DNA of 64,000 nucleotides from Octopus vulgaris (GCA_951406725.2 OX597819.1:70246001-70310000); one strand, 5' to 3'; shown: positions 24,795 through 38,859, numbered from the stretch's first letter. The notes: generated by a model not told the origin, from the letters alone. Numbers and translations: made by a program.

Positions 24795-25273
24795 CTATAT
24801 ATATATATATGTGTGTGTCTATATGTATATATATGTATATATATAAATATATGTGTATATATGTATATATCTATATGTATAAATATATGTGTATATATGT
24901 ATATATCTATATGTATATATATATGTGTATATATGTATATATCTATATGTATATATATATATATATATGTATGTATATATATATGTGTATGTGTGTATAT
25001 ATATATGTGTATACATATAAATATATGTATGTATATATATATGTATATATATGTGTGTGTATATAAGTATATATCTATATGTATGTATATATATATATAT
25101 ATGTGTATACATATAAATATATGTATGAATATATATATGTATATATATATGTGTGTGTATATAAGTATATATCTATATGCATATATATGTATATATATGT
25201 ACATATATGTGTATATATATATGTATATGTATTTATATACATGTTTGTATATACTTATATGTATGTATGTATG

Positions 25274-25323
<50 letters not shown>
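24795..25323. repeat. Compound TA/TG microsatellite with higher-order repeat units
   Basis: Recurrent tataaatatatgtgtatatatgtatatatc-type units. Confidence 0.9.
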
Positions 25324-25327
<4 letters not shown>

Positions 25328-25662
25328 AGGTAATGTTTGTCCCCTACTGAAAGTGGCTGTTTTGTTAGAGCAGAGTGTGTTGCTTTATTCACCATAAGAG
25401 TGCAGCTCACATGGACTTGTGGTACATAAAAACAGTTATGTGGGAGAAAAATATTAACTTTTGGTATTAAAACAGCTTCTATTCCTAATAATTATATATC
25501 GATATGATTATAGAGACAGGGAGATGGACGGACAGACAGACAGGTAGGTAGGTAGGTAGGTAGATAGAAAGAAAGACGGATATACATAGATACATACACA
25601 TGTACATATATAAATGTATATATATATATATATATATATAAATATATATGGGTGTATACAAA

Positions 25663-25699
<37 letters not shown>

Positions 25700-25716
25700 G
25701 TGAACACACACATATA

Positions 25717-26588
25717 CAGGGATGCGATCAGTAAATTGTCACCACTTTATATTTTTAATTTCACACATGTGCATTGTTTGTTTTTGATTTTGTCAACTAT
25801 ACAGTATAGGAGGGTCAGTTGAGCACCATCTGTGAGGAAAACAGCACCATGATGCAATTCACTCTGACAGAAATTTTGAAACAACATGTTGTACTGCTTG
25901 GCATTTGTGCTAGAAGCTCCAATACAAACATTTCAATGTGTTTGGGTGTCAATCTGAGGACAGTGCAATCGGAGGATATGTACTGAGAGTGATAAAAAAT
26001 CAAACATCCGGTCAATATCATGGTGTTTAGTTTGATCACTAGAGATGGTGACATTATACCACCATTCATCTTCCTACATGGTCTTAGACTTAACACAAAG
26101 ACCGACATCAAGTGTCTGGAGGAGGTAGTGCTGCCCTGGATCAAACAGGTGGCTGTTGGATGATCCCGTGTCTGACAACAGGACTCAGCCCCATGCCACA
26201 CATGCATGGCTGTCAGACAATTTCTGTGACCACATCACCGCTATCATTTGGCCACCTAACTCCCCAGACTGCAACTGCCTTCATTATTGTGTGGGGCGTA
26301 GTTGAGCAAGAGACCAACAAAACTCCTTGTATCACCAAAGATGAACTGAAGGCAAAGGTTATAGCAGCATTCACCAACTTAAACAAGGAGACCATCCAGA
26401 AGAGCTGCAGAAGATTCCAAAGTCATCTGGAGGCCATGGTTGAAGCCAATGACAACTTTATTGAATAAATTTACTCTTCAATATTTCAAGATATTTTTAT
26501 GTAATTTTGGGGAATATATCTGTTAAAATCAGATGGTGTTACTTTCATTTTTACATAATTTAGATGACAGTTTATTCACCGCACCCTG
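25717..26588 (+). mobile_element. Internally deleted Tc1/mariner (probably DD37D/maT type) transposon
   Basis: TA-cagggatgcgatcagtaaattgtca ... tgacagtttattcaccgcaccctg-TA TIRs; QQDSAPCH, WPPNSPDCN and VWGVVE remnants. Confidence 0.85.
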
Positions 26589-26629
26589 TATATACATATA
26601 TATATATATATCATCATCATCATCATCGT

Positions 26630-27215
26630 TTAAAGTCCATTTTCCATGCTGGCATGGGTTAGGCAGTTTGACTGCATCAGGCACCAATCTGATCTGGCAA
26701 TGTCTCTACAGCTTGATGCCCTTCTTAATGCCAACCACTCCACTGGCACAGGAGCCAATCAGGTGGACCTGGCATCAACTACATTTGGATGGTGCTTTTT
26801 ACATGCTATCAGCACAGGAGCCAGCCAGGGGCACCAGCCCCAGCTATGATATTGGTTTTCTCTAGCATATCATATCACTCAATGCATCAGGGTATCTTTA
26901 ACAGGGTCGGACATGCATGGCTGTGATCTCACTTTAGTTGCTGGGTCTTCTCAATCACAGCATATCTCCAAAGGTCCTGATCTGCTGAAATGGCCTCTGT
27001 GAGGCCCAATGTTTGAAGGACATGGTTCATCACCTCATCCCATGTCTTCCTGAGTCTACCTCTTCCACAGGTTCCTTCTACAGTTAGGGAGGGGCACTTC
27101 TTCACACAGCTGTCTTCATTCATACATAACACATGGCCATACCAGCGCAGCTGCCTCTCTTGCACACCACATTTGATGCTTCTTATGCCCAACTTTTCTC
27201 TCAGGGCACTTAATG
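26630..27215 (-). mobile_element. RTE LINE 3' end (ORF C-terminus plus 3' UTR)
   Basis: LRWYGHVLCM...EGTCGRGRLRKTWDEV...DLWR followed by tandem-unit tail and (gat)n. Confidence 0.85.
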
Positions 27216-27979
27216 GTTTGGGTGTTGCACTCATGATTGCAAGGCAATGGTTTCAATTCCTGGACTAGGCAATATATTGTGTTCTTTAGCAACATACTTC
27301 ATGTCATGTTGCTCTGCAATTACTCTGACATCTGACATGTGGCACACCATGTATCTGTGCAGGTTGTTCCGCAAGTAATTGCAAAACACTTCATCTATCA
27401 TCTACAACAGAACAGTCCACCATATACATATGTACATATGAGTATATATATCATTATCGTCATCGTTGTCATCATCATTATCATCACTTTGTGTCAATTT
27501 CCCATGTTGGCATGGCTTAAATTGTTTGATGGGACTGATAAGCTGGAGAAATATACTAGGTTTCAGTCTGATTTGGTTTGGTTTCTACAGCTGGATGCCC
27601 TTATGCCAACCATTCCAAGAGTGCCATGCAGCTACAACACCTTCATAGTATGATTTTTGACAGATATTTCATCCTGTAGGGTGTCCAAAATTCAATCTCC
27701 TCACCAAACAACAGACTGCAACCAGTTGTGCAAGAGTGACTGTATATATATATAAATATATATATATATACACACACATACACACACACACACAACTAAA
27801 ATGTAAGACTTCCAAATCACTGAAGTTTTTTTTTCCTGATTTCTCCTTCTATCACTTGCTCTATTCCCCTCTTTCTCTATCTCTGCTTTCTTCATTCTGA
27901 TGACATCTACAATTTGCAACAAGGTATACACCTATTAACCTTAACTTTGGTACACAGAAACAGCTGTAAACCCACGTAG

Positions 27980-28116
27980 CTTGTTTACCAACCACATGGT
28001 TCCGGGTTCAATCCCACTGCATGGCACCTTGGGCAAGTGTCTTCTACTATAGCCTCGGGCCGACCAAAGCCTTGTGAGTGGATTTGGTAGACGGAAACTG
28101 AAAAAAGCCCGTCGTA

Positions 28117-28148
<32 letters not shown>

Positions 28149-28372
28149 CGCGTGTGTGTGTTTGTGTGTCTGTGTTTGTCCCCCTAGCATTGCTTGACAA
28201 CCAATACTGGTGTGTTTATGTCCCCGTTACTTAGCGGTTCGGCAAAAGAGACCGATAGAATAAGTACTGGGCTTACAAAAGAATAAGTCCCGGGGTCGAG
28301 TTGCTCGATTAAAGGCGGTGCTCCAGCATGGCCGCAGTCAAATGACTGAGACAAGTAAAAGAGTAAAAGAGT
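27980..28372 (+). mobile_element. SINE family A, young CpG-retaining copy
   Basis: Near-consensus body with intact CpGs and (gtaaaaga)2 tail. Confidence 0.85.
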
Positions 28373-28454
28373 CATCTTGCTTAACTAATTAAATAATGGC
28401 GTTCTAGCACAACAGACACACTTCTATTTGTTGTTTTTTTTCCATTTTCTTATC

Positions 28455-28538
<84 letters not shown>

Positions 28539-28809
28539 AAGTAACAAAGTAAGGAAAGAAATTCCTTCAAAAGGGTGTGTAAAATAGCCAAGGATTGTCT
28601 TTGACCGAAACATATTTGGATTAATATTATTTGAGATATATAGAAATATATTTCAAAAGTTGTAGATTCTATTTACTTAATTATTTTATCAGTTATAATT
28701 TTTTTTTTATTGTTATGCAGTTAAAAAGTTGAAAAATTTTGGCATTTGAATAAACGTTTATTGCAATCTAGCCATCCTTTCACATGGAATTTTGTCTGTC
28801 TTTTGAACC

Positions 28810-28886
28810 AAGGCTCTGAAGAGACTTATATAAATGGATATGAATTGTTTATAAATCAAATTAAGTTGAAACAAATTGTTGGCTTT
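28810..28886 (+). ncRNA. Type I hammerhead ribozyme motif, intact core
   Basis: aaggct-CTGAAGA-gactta...taagtt-GAAA-caaattg-TT-ggcttt; stems I, II and III all pair. Confidence 0.7.
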
Positions 28887-29521
28887 TGTTTTTTAATAAC
28901 TTTTTATGTTATCTTATATTATACTATATTATATTATATTCATAGTATATCATGTTATAAATAAATTGTTAGATTGTCAACTGAATCTCTCTATTTAATT
29001 TTTAATTTATTGTTCATGTGTATGTGTGTGTAAATTTAAGTCACACTATATGGATTCAAGTAATCCGGTAGTACTCATAAAAAAAAGCTTCTTAATGTAT
29101 CATTCTATGAAACATATAGAATATGTAATACAAGAGAAAACAGTAAGGTGTGTATAATGTTATAAATAACAGAAATAGTTTAATGAAATTTTATTTGACA
29201 ATAAGAAAAATCAAATATCACAAATACGTACATACATGCTTATATGGATACGACATATCCTACCTACCGAAAGGAACACACCTAAATATTCACATCTACT
29301 TACAAAGTTCTTCATACATGAATAAATTCTAAAGGCTTTCTTTCATCCATTTACTTATTACCAAATATAGTAATATAAACTATTTACATGTTTTTAAGTT
29401 ATGAAACAATTTGTCATTATATTAGAATTTTCTTATAGCTAAATTAAATTTCATCAACCTATTTCTCGGCTTTACATATATATATATATACATATATAGA
29501 CACACACACAAGCACACACAC

Positions 29522-29606
<85 letters not shown>

Positions 29607-29643
29607 ATAAGTGGAGCAAGAGCACACATGAAGACAAAAAGTG

Positions 29644-29683
29644 TTGCTGAAGAGGTCATAGATGTGTGACGAAAGATTTCCAG
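29644..29683 (+). ncRNA. Minimal type I hammerhead ribozyme motif
   Basis: ttg-CTGAAGA-g-gtcata-gatg-tgtgac-GAAA-gatt-TC-cag; stem I is only 3 bp. Confidence 0.5.
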
Positions 29684-30097
29684 ATAATCGACAGGAGTTA
29701 GAATAAGAACAGTAATAAATGAATGAAGAACAAATATATAGTGTGTGTGTTTATTTGGAAAAAAGAATGGCCATCTCAAAATACAACAATATATATATAA
29801 TAATATAAACAATACATATATATATATGCATGCATACATGCATACATACATACATACATACATACATACATACATACATACATGTATACATATATACATA
29901 TGCATATGTGGGCACAGGATGTCACAAAACGTAATCAACAGAAAAACGAAGTATGAATAAGTGGAATAAGGACTTTTTTGCCAACAATAAAAGAAACAAT
30001 GGAAAACAAGACAAGCAACTCAAAGAACGACCCTTCATCAGTTGTCAGCTGTTTTTTCTAATCCGTATTTCGAGCAATATATATATATAAACATATA

Positions 30098-30461
30098 TTG
30101 CTCAGGTTTGTAAGGGAAATAACTATAAAGCATTTTTAGAGAGTTATAGCCAAAAAATAGCAAAAAAATGGAAAAAAAATGATGGTAAATTTTTTTTGAG
30201 AGTTAAAAAAGGTGGAGTTGCGTCCCCTAGACGGTCTGTGGTTTGGGTTTCTGATTCTCGACCCCATGTCGAATTTATCGATTTTTCAGAACTGGGGGAA
30301 CTTTTCAAAATTTTCGCTGCGTTAGTTTTGAATTATGACATTGGGCTATGTGTGTGTCAAGTTTCATCAGAATCGGTTGAAAGCCGTGGTCAGAGTGAGG
30401 GTACGAGAAAACAGACACACAGAAACACGCACAGACAAACTGCCGTTTATATATAGAGAGA
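30098..30461 (-). mobile_element. Second non-autonomous Helitron, 3'-clipped, with a different 5' region
   Basis: Shares ttgctc.ggtttgtaagggaaataa...gcatttttagaga with 10994-11039; minus 5' end is tctctctatatataaa. Confidence 0.7.
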
Positions 30462-30546
30462 TATATGCATATACATACATACATACATGCATACATATAT
30501 GGATATGACATATACCTATCTATCAAAAGGGTCACACCTAACTATT

Positions 30547-30667
30547 GACAGACAGACAGATAAATAGACAGACAGACAGCCAGCCAGACAGACAGACAGA
30601 CAGACAGACAGATAAATAGATAGAAAGACAGACAGATAGACAGACAGATAAACAGACAGGCAGACAA

Positions 30668-30732
<65 letters not shown>

Positions 30733-30817
30733 ATGGCAGACAAATAGATAGATAGAAAGGCAGACAGACAAAGAGACAGATAGACAGATAGATAGAATAG
30801 CAGACAAATAGATAGAT

Positions 30818-30865
<48 letters not shown>

Positions 30866-30930
30866 GCAGACAGAAAGGCAGACAGATAGGCAGACAGACA
30901 GACAGACAGACACACAGATAGAGACAGACA
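30547..30930. repeat. (GATA)n/(GACA)n compound microsatellite
   Basis: Direct reading. Confidence 0.95.
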
Positions 30931-31529
30931 TTGATAGCTAAACAAGTACATAGAAAGATAGACAGGCATGTCAAGCAAATATGTAAATAAACACGATAGA
31001 TAAATAACTAAATAGGCAAGCAGATAGTTTACGTAGGTAGATAGACAGGTATAGATAGATACTTAGATTTTTTCCACTTAATTAAAGACATTTACCTATT
31101 TACCAAACAACTATTTCTATAAACCTGCCTACACTCTGGAATCTATTCAAAATAATTACATATTCTCAGGTTTTTCTTGTTTATATTGTATTTGTTCTAA
31201 ATCTGTTGGTTTTCTTCCCTTTCCTTTTCAAATTCAAGGTTTTTCCTTCCTAAAAATAAACAACAACAAACAGGGTTTTTTTTTTTTCGTTTTGCCTTTT
31301 TTTAAAAAAAAACATTTACCCTACAAACACCTCTGCATGTCTCTATTACATGTTTTTCTCTGTTATTGGTATTTCTAAATTACCGAATTTCAAAGTGTCA
31401 TTGGTCTGGTGCCAAAAATAAGAGACCAAAAATCAGTTCGCTTCAACAAGTCTGGAGGTTAAGCTTGGATACAAAATATCTGGTGATTCCTTGACACAAA
31501 CGACACTTTGTTAAAGAGCATAGTTTCTA

Positions 31530-32060
31530 CTGTGGTGGTGGTGGTTGTGGTGACAGTGGTGGCATTAGTGTTAATAGCAGCAATGGTGGTGGTGGTGGTG
31601 GTGGCAGTGGCAGCGGTGGTGGTGGAGATGGTTGTGGTATTAGTGGTGGTGGTGGGGGGTAGTCCTAGTCGTAGTGGTTGTGCTGGTGGTAGTTGTGGCT
31701 GTGGCAGCGATGGTGGTAGTGGAGGTGGTGCTGGTGCTGATGATAGTGGTGGTGGCAGTGGTGGTGGGGGTAGTCCTAATGCTGGTGGTAGTTGTGGCTG
31801 TGGCAGCGATGGTGGTAGTGCTGGTGGTGGAGGTGGTGCTGATGGTGGTGGTGGTGTTGGTGGTGGTGATGGTGGCAGTGGAGGTTTTTATGAAAGCAGT
31901 GATCTTAGCTGGAGCAGTGATAGTATTTGTAGTGATGGTGGTGGTGGTGGTGGTGGTGGTTGTGGTGATAGCAGTGTGGTGGTTGTGGTGATAGCAGTGT
32001 GGTGGTTGTGATAGTAGCAGCGATGATAATGATGTTGGTGGTGGTGGTGGTGGTGGTGTC
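31530..32060. repeat. (GGT)n-derived low-complexity tract with ~110-bp internal duplication
   Basis: gggggtagtccta...tgctggtggtagttgtggctgtggcagcgatggtggtagtg occurs twice. Confidence 0.85.
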
Positions 32061-32462
32061 AACAATGTACTTGGTGCTAATTACCTGCACATTATAATTT
32101 GCTGTACAAGAACAACGTATAACATTAAAAATGTCCAATTAGAATAAATTGTAGGCCACTTGGATTCTGGACTCTGTGATAGGCAATGGATATGTTTGTG
32201 TATGTGAATGTAGGTATATATGTGTATGTGTGTGTATATATATATTCTATTATTCTTTTACTTGTTTCTGTCATTTGACTGTGACCATACTGGGGCATTG
32301 CCTTTAGTGCCTTTAGTTGAACAAGTCAACACCAGCACTTATTCTTTGTAAGTTGTAGTACTTATTCTATTGGTCTCTTTTGTCGAACCACTAAGTTACA
32401 GGGACGTAAACAAGCCGACATCAGTTGCCAAGCAATGGTGAGAAACAAGCACAGATACACAA

Positions 32463-32513
<51 letters not shown>

Positions 32514-33088
32514 TGATGGGACTCTTTCAGTTTCCACCTACCAAATCCACTCACAATGTATGTATGCATGTATGCATGCATGGATGCATGTATGTATGCA
32601 TGTATGTATGCATATATGTGTATGTATGTATGTATGTGTGTATGTATGCAAGCATGCATGTATGTATGCATGTATGTGTATGTATGTATGCATGTTTGTA
32701 TGCATGTATGCATGCATATATGTATGCATGTATGTATGCAAGCATGGGTGTATGCATGTATGTGTGCATGCATGCATGCATGTATGTATGCATGTATGTA
32801 TGCATGTATGTATGCAAGCATGTATGTATGCATGTATGCATTTGTGCATGTGTGCATGCATGTATGTAAGTATGTGTGTATGAATGAATGAATGTATGTA
32901 TGTATAAGCATAGATGGATGGAGATATAGAGATATACAATTCTGTTCATCCAATGAACTCACAAAGCTTTGTTCAACCAAGGGCAGAAGACACCTGCACA
33001 AGATGCCATGCAGTAGGACAGAACTCAAAACCTTTGTGTTTGATACCTCAAGTGATTTCTACTGTTGGTGACGTCCTGTACCCATTTA

Positions 33089-33133
<45 letters not shown>

Positions 33134-33505
33134 AATAATATATATATATGCATATATACATACATATATATACATACCTACATATATACATACATATATA
33201 TATATACATACCTACATATAAACATACGTATATATACATACTTACATATATATGTATATATGGGTACAGGACGTCAAAAAAAACATGAACTAAGGAGAAA
33301 CAAGAACATAAAAACAAAAACATGGAAAACGAACTTTTTTCAAACAACGAAAGAAGCAAACAGCAAAACGAGACAGGCAACATAAAGAACAATCCCTTCG
33401 TCAGTTGTCTCCTGTTTTATCTACTCCGTGTTTTGAACATAGGGACAAGACGCATCTTCATTAAAACAGTTGTTCCCACAAAGCAAATTTTAAAAATTTG
33501 GGATT

Positions 33506-33548
<43 letters not shown>

Positions 33549-35104
33549 TATATCATTATTTGATTGAATGCCAGACCAACCTAAGCCATATGAAAGGATC
33601 TGGGAGATGGAAACTGAAGGAAGCTTCTCATATGTTTGTGTGTGTGTGTGTGTGTTATAATATATGGGTTTCTCTGAATATCATTGAGCTACAAAAGAAT
33701 TAATGAGAAAGAAATGGGTGAATGATGGAGAGAGGACAGGAAAGAGAGGGAGAGAGAGAGAGAGAGAGGAGGGGGACAGGAAAGGATTAAATAGGTGGGG
33801 GAGTGAGAGAAGGAGAGAGAAAGAGAGAGAATGATAGAGTGTGTGAATAAGAGATAATGAGAAAAGGAAGAAAGGAAAGTTTGATAAAGAGAAGAAGACA
33901 AAAACAAACAACAAATAATCTTTTCTACTTAAGGCAGGAGGCTTGAAATTTGGAGGAGGGAGCTAAAAAAATAAATAAATAAATAATAATAATAATAATA
34001 ATAATGATATGATAATAACCACAGAATGACAAAATATCCAGAAGAAACGTGATTATAATCATGAAAGAATTTTAAACACCTGTATCCATAGAAACAAAGA
34101 GATAACTTAAATGACAGTCATTTGAGATGTGAGGTGAGTAGAACAGGAAGTTTTTAAGCCCACAACTAACAAGGGAGCTTTGTATGCATAAGTCTAGTAA
34201 GGGCACTCTATATGGTCAATCAAACTGCTAGAAATAACAACCTAATCTCCCCTCAAATCCTAGCTTCTCTAACGTCATCGTTTTAATGTCCACTTTCCCA
34301 TGCCTGCATGGGTCCGATGGAATTTGGTGGTGGTGGTGGTGGGCGGGGCAGATTTTTTTATGGCTGGATGCTCTTCCTGTCACCAACATTTCTCCCGTTT
34401 CCAAATCTCTTTATCTTTTATCTTTTACTTGTTCCAGTCATTAGATTGTGGCCATGCTGGAGCACCACCTTAAAGAATGTTTTCATCGAATGGCTCAACC
34501 CCAGTACAAATCTTTTAAGACTGGGACTTATTCTATCGGTCACTTTTGCTGAACCGCTAAGTTACAGGAATGTAAACACACCAACATCAGTTGTCAAGCA
34601 GTGATAAGGCACAAACACAAACCCAAAGACACATACACATGTATGATGGGATTCTTTCAGTTTCCATCTACTAAATCTATTCACAAGGCTTTGGTTGGCC
34701 TCAGGTTAGAGTAGAGAACACTTGCCCATGGTGCCACACAGTGGGACTGAACTCAGAACCATGAGGTTGGGAAACAAACTTCATATCACACAGCCATGCC
34801 ATCAATAAATAAATTTAAGCTACATTGGATAATGTAGTCCTAGATAACCTGTGTCTGAATGTGAACAAAACCTTCAATGAGTCATAACCAGGGGTCTCCA
34901 AGAGAATTTAAGGTTATGAAATAGTGGTAAAGGGGTTGCTCTATCTCAGAATTTAAGGGTATTGAACTTGTTTTTTTAAGAAAGGACCTTGGCATATAGT
35001 CATGCCCACCCTCCACTCCTGATCCACCAGATTAATGTGCTGGCTGAACCCACCCTCTTCTCATAGGACATGGGTCCAGCTGGAAGATGCCATATTAAAG
35101 CTCA

Positions 35105-36300
35105 TTATCATGAACATCATCATCACCATCATCTTCATCATTATCACCATGACCATCACCACCATCACCACCACTATTAACATCATCACCACCACCACCA
35201 CCACCACTATTAACATCATCATCACTACCACCACTATTAACATCATCACTACCACCACCACTGTTAACATCATCATCATCATCATCACCACTATTAACAT
35301 CATCATCACCACCACCACTTTTAACATCATCACCACCACTACCATTAACATCATCATCATCACCACCATCATCATCATCTCCACCACCATCATCATCACC
35401 TCCACCTCTATCATCATCATCATCACCACCACTACCACCACCATCATCACCACCACAACCACCACCATCATCATCATCATGTGACTGGGTGCAGCCGATC
35501 TTTGTGGTATCACTTCAGATTCTCTGACAGTCAGTATTCACCACTGGTTCCTTTTCTCTCAAGACCTGTCCAGCACTTGGCATCGTGGGACCTGGATATT
35601 CTTCATCTGCCTCTTCTCCACCTATCCTCACTCAGACAGAAAAACCATCTGGGGTCCGGTGGGGTTATGTCAAGCTACATTTCCAAACCAAGCAAGCTTT
35701 CGATGTTACCCTGAAGCAAAGACTGGTTCTTGTCTGCTGCATATTCGGTGACTCACAGACTCACAGAGATATTTATCTTGTGATCTGAGTCTAAATAACA
35801 ACATCACTATGACTGACACCATTAAGAAACAGCAGCAACATTGCCATCGTCATCATCATCCCCCTCATCTACATCACCATTATCATGATCACACTATCAC
35901 CATCATCACCATGGTCATCATGGTTAAGATCATCCTTGTCGTCATCATCATCGTCATGATCAACACCACCATCATAATCATCACCACTATCATCACCACC
36001 ACCACCCATCATCATCATCATCTTCATTATCAACACCACCATCTTCATCATCAGCATCATCATCACCATCTTCATCATCATCATCATCATCTTCATCATC
36101 ATTATTATTATCATTACCACCACCATCTTCATCAACATCACCATCATCAGCATCAGCATCATCAACACCACCATCTTCATTATTATCATCATCATTATCA
36201 TCACCACCATCTTCATCATCAGCATCAGCATCACCACCATCTTCATCATCATCATTATCATCACTACCACTATCTCCATCAACATCACCATCAACAGTAA
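35105..36300. repeat. Two (CAT/CAC)n trinucleotide tracts (35105-35480 and 35840-36300)
   Basis: Direct reading; higher-order units accactattaacatcatc and caccaccatcttcatcatc. Confidence 0.9.
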
Positions 36301-37601
36301 TAGCAATAACAATGCTATGAAGTTTAGCTCTGTGCAGACACTTAAGCTGCCAAGAATAACAGCTAAATTTCCCTCAAAATCACACTTTACATTCTTTAAA
36401 AAAAAAAAAAAACTAGAGGACACATTAGTGCAAGATACTACTGCCATAGAAAAAGTTGGAATGGTCATTGTTGGAATGTTTTCACTCATAGCTAGATCTG
36501 ATCCACACTGATGAAGAGCAAAGCGATGGCCACCATACTCTCAGTACCACCATGGGCCAAGGAGCAGCCTCCACATGGTCCCCTGACATGCTGTAAATAG
36601 CAACCAAATCTTTCTCAAATCACATCCTACCTTCTAAGAAATTGTATATTGGATATATTTTTTTATCTTTTGCTTGTTTCAATCATTAGACTGTGGCCAT
36701 GCTGGGGCACCATCTTGAAGTGATTTAGTAGAACAGATCGACACCAGTTCTTATTTATTTATTTATTTTTCTCCAAGTTTGGCACTCATCCTGAACTACT
36801 AAGTTACAGGGACATAAACAAACCAACACTGGTTGTCAAGCAGTGTGAGGGGAGAAACAGACTCAAAAAACTGCACACACACACACAAACGAAGGGCTTC
36901 CATATATTTTCTGTCTACCAAATCCACTCATATGGATTTGGTGAGCCCAAGGCTGCAGTAAAAGACACTTGCCCAAAGCACCATGCAGTGGGATTGAACC
37001 TGGGACCATGAGTTTGGTAAGCAAACTTTTTAACTACTCAGACATGTGATCCAAGAAGGTATATCTTTGATCATAGGTTTGCCTGATCAAAAAGGACCTG
37101 TGGCTAAACAACAACACCAGCTGAGAAAAAAGCCTCTACAAGGCTATTTGACATCACAGAAATAGCAGCCACATCTCACTGAAATCATACCAAATAAGAT
37201 CACAGAACATGATTCTGAACACCTGGGGCCATAAAACTTTAAAGTGTGGGGGATTCTTGGATAATAAGCATGACTAAAGCATATTAAGGAAAAAAGGGGA
37301 AAAGGGAGTTAAAAATAAAAATTAGATATAAGAGAGAACATTGTATAAAACTAGTTTTATAGATAAATACAATAAATAGACCTTGAAATCCACATACATA
37401 TATAAACAATACATATATACGTGTAATTATACACTCACTTGTACTGGGATATATAAATATTTGTGTGTGTATAATGGAAAATGCATACAAGCCCATGAAT
37501 AAATTATATGCTCATGCAAACACACACATATGTATATATACATACATACATATATATGGTAAATGAAAGGTGGAAGATGGAATATATGGGAATTTTAATT
37601 A

Positions 37602-37713
37602 TTAGCCACAACAATTGTTTCGACACATCTAGCATTGATCCCTCATGGGTGAGATACTTTAACATCTGGTTCAGGAGCATCCGGTGGTGCAGATGTGTCT
37701 CATCGGGTGATAA
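37602..37713 (-). ncRNA. Hammerhead-like motif with U4-to-C core variant and long stem II
   Basis: Minus strand tcac-CCGATGA-gacacatct...agatgtgtc-GAAA-caattg-TT-gtgg. Confidence 0.55.
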
Positions 37714-38387
37714 ATAGATACAACTCGTTAGATTAACATCATCATCATCGTTTAATGTTCGTTTTCCATGCTGGCATGGGTTGGACGGTTTGACTGGGGT
37801 CTGGGGTCTGGGAAGCCAGGAGGCTGCACCAGGCCCCAATTTGATCTGGCAGTGCTTCTACAGCTGGATGCCCTTCCTAATGCCAACCACTCCAAGAGTG
37901 AAGTGGGTGTTTTTTAAATGCCCCCAGCACAGGGGCCAGGAGAGCTGGCAATGTACCGCAATATATCGGCTCATTTCAGAATAAGAACAGCAGCAAAACG
38001 AAAGAAAATATCTTTATTACAGACAAGATTAAATATAAAATCACAGATAGCAAAAAAGAAACAAACGGGGAATACAGCAAGAAAAGCATTAAAAATCACT
38101 TAACAGATAAGGATGTATAAATGCCTTAATGCAAGCTGCATAATGTGTGTGCACTCGCTCATACAAACACCTCAAAAAATGTAAACATACGCACATGTGG
38201 ATTGGTGCACTCATGTCCACATAGTGAGTTAAAATAGCTACTTGGTGTTTATAAATTTTGTTAACAGTTACTCAAATTCGTTCCCACTGCATTGTGCAAA
38301 AGTACATTTATATGCGTGTAGATGCATTTATCTATCTGTCTGTCTATTAATCAGTTTATTTCTTATTCTCCAGAGTCTTTCAGAAAG

Positions 38388-38859
38388 TCTATTACCAAAT
38401 CAGCTGAAACTGGCTCTGGCTCTGTAGTACAAATGTCTTGTTTTCATAAGTTTTGAATTGAAATCTACCACCAAACCTTAGTCACAATTTATGTTCCTAA
38501 CACTAGCTGAACGATAATAACCAAGTTATTTTACTAAATTCTTTGTTATATTTAAAATTAATGGAAAGAAACACAGAACATCTCAACAGAAATATGGTAA
38601 GAAAAGGGTTAAAATATATAATAGAGAAACAATTCTTAACCCTTTTGATATCAACCCAGCTGAAACCAGTTCTGGCTCTGTAGTATAAATGTTTTGTTTT
38701 CATAAATTTTGAATTAAAATTTTCCACCAAACCTTAGTCACAATTTATGTTCCTAACACTAGCTTCATGATGACCAAGTTATTTTACTAAATTTTTTGTT
38801 ATATTTAATTGAAAGAAACACAGAGCATCTCAAAATAAATACAGTAACGAAAGGGTTAA
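38388..38859. mobile_element. Two adjacent piggyBac-type MITE copies (38388-38608 truncated, 38640-38855 complete)
   Basis: TTAA-cccttt ... aaaggg-TTAA; same family as 50012-50232. Confidence 0.85.

Noticed and set aside
31508-32011. Gly/Val-rich ORF resembling a secreted glycine-rich structural protein
   Set aside because: TTG start, built from a (GGT)n tract and open in multiple frames and strands.
35809-36300. His-rich ORF reminiscent of cephalopod histidine-rich beak proteins
   Set aside because: Pure (CAT/CAC)n expansion lacking GHG/Ala-rich motifs or a credible gene structure.
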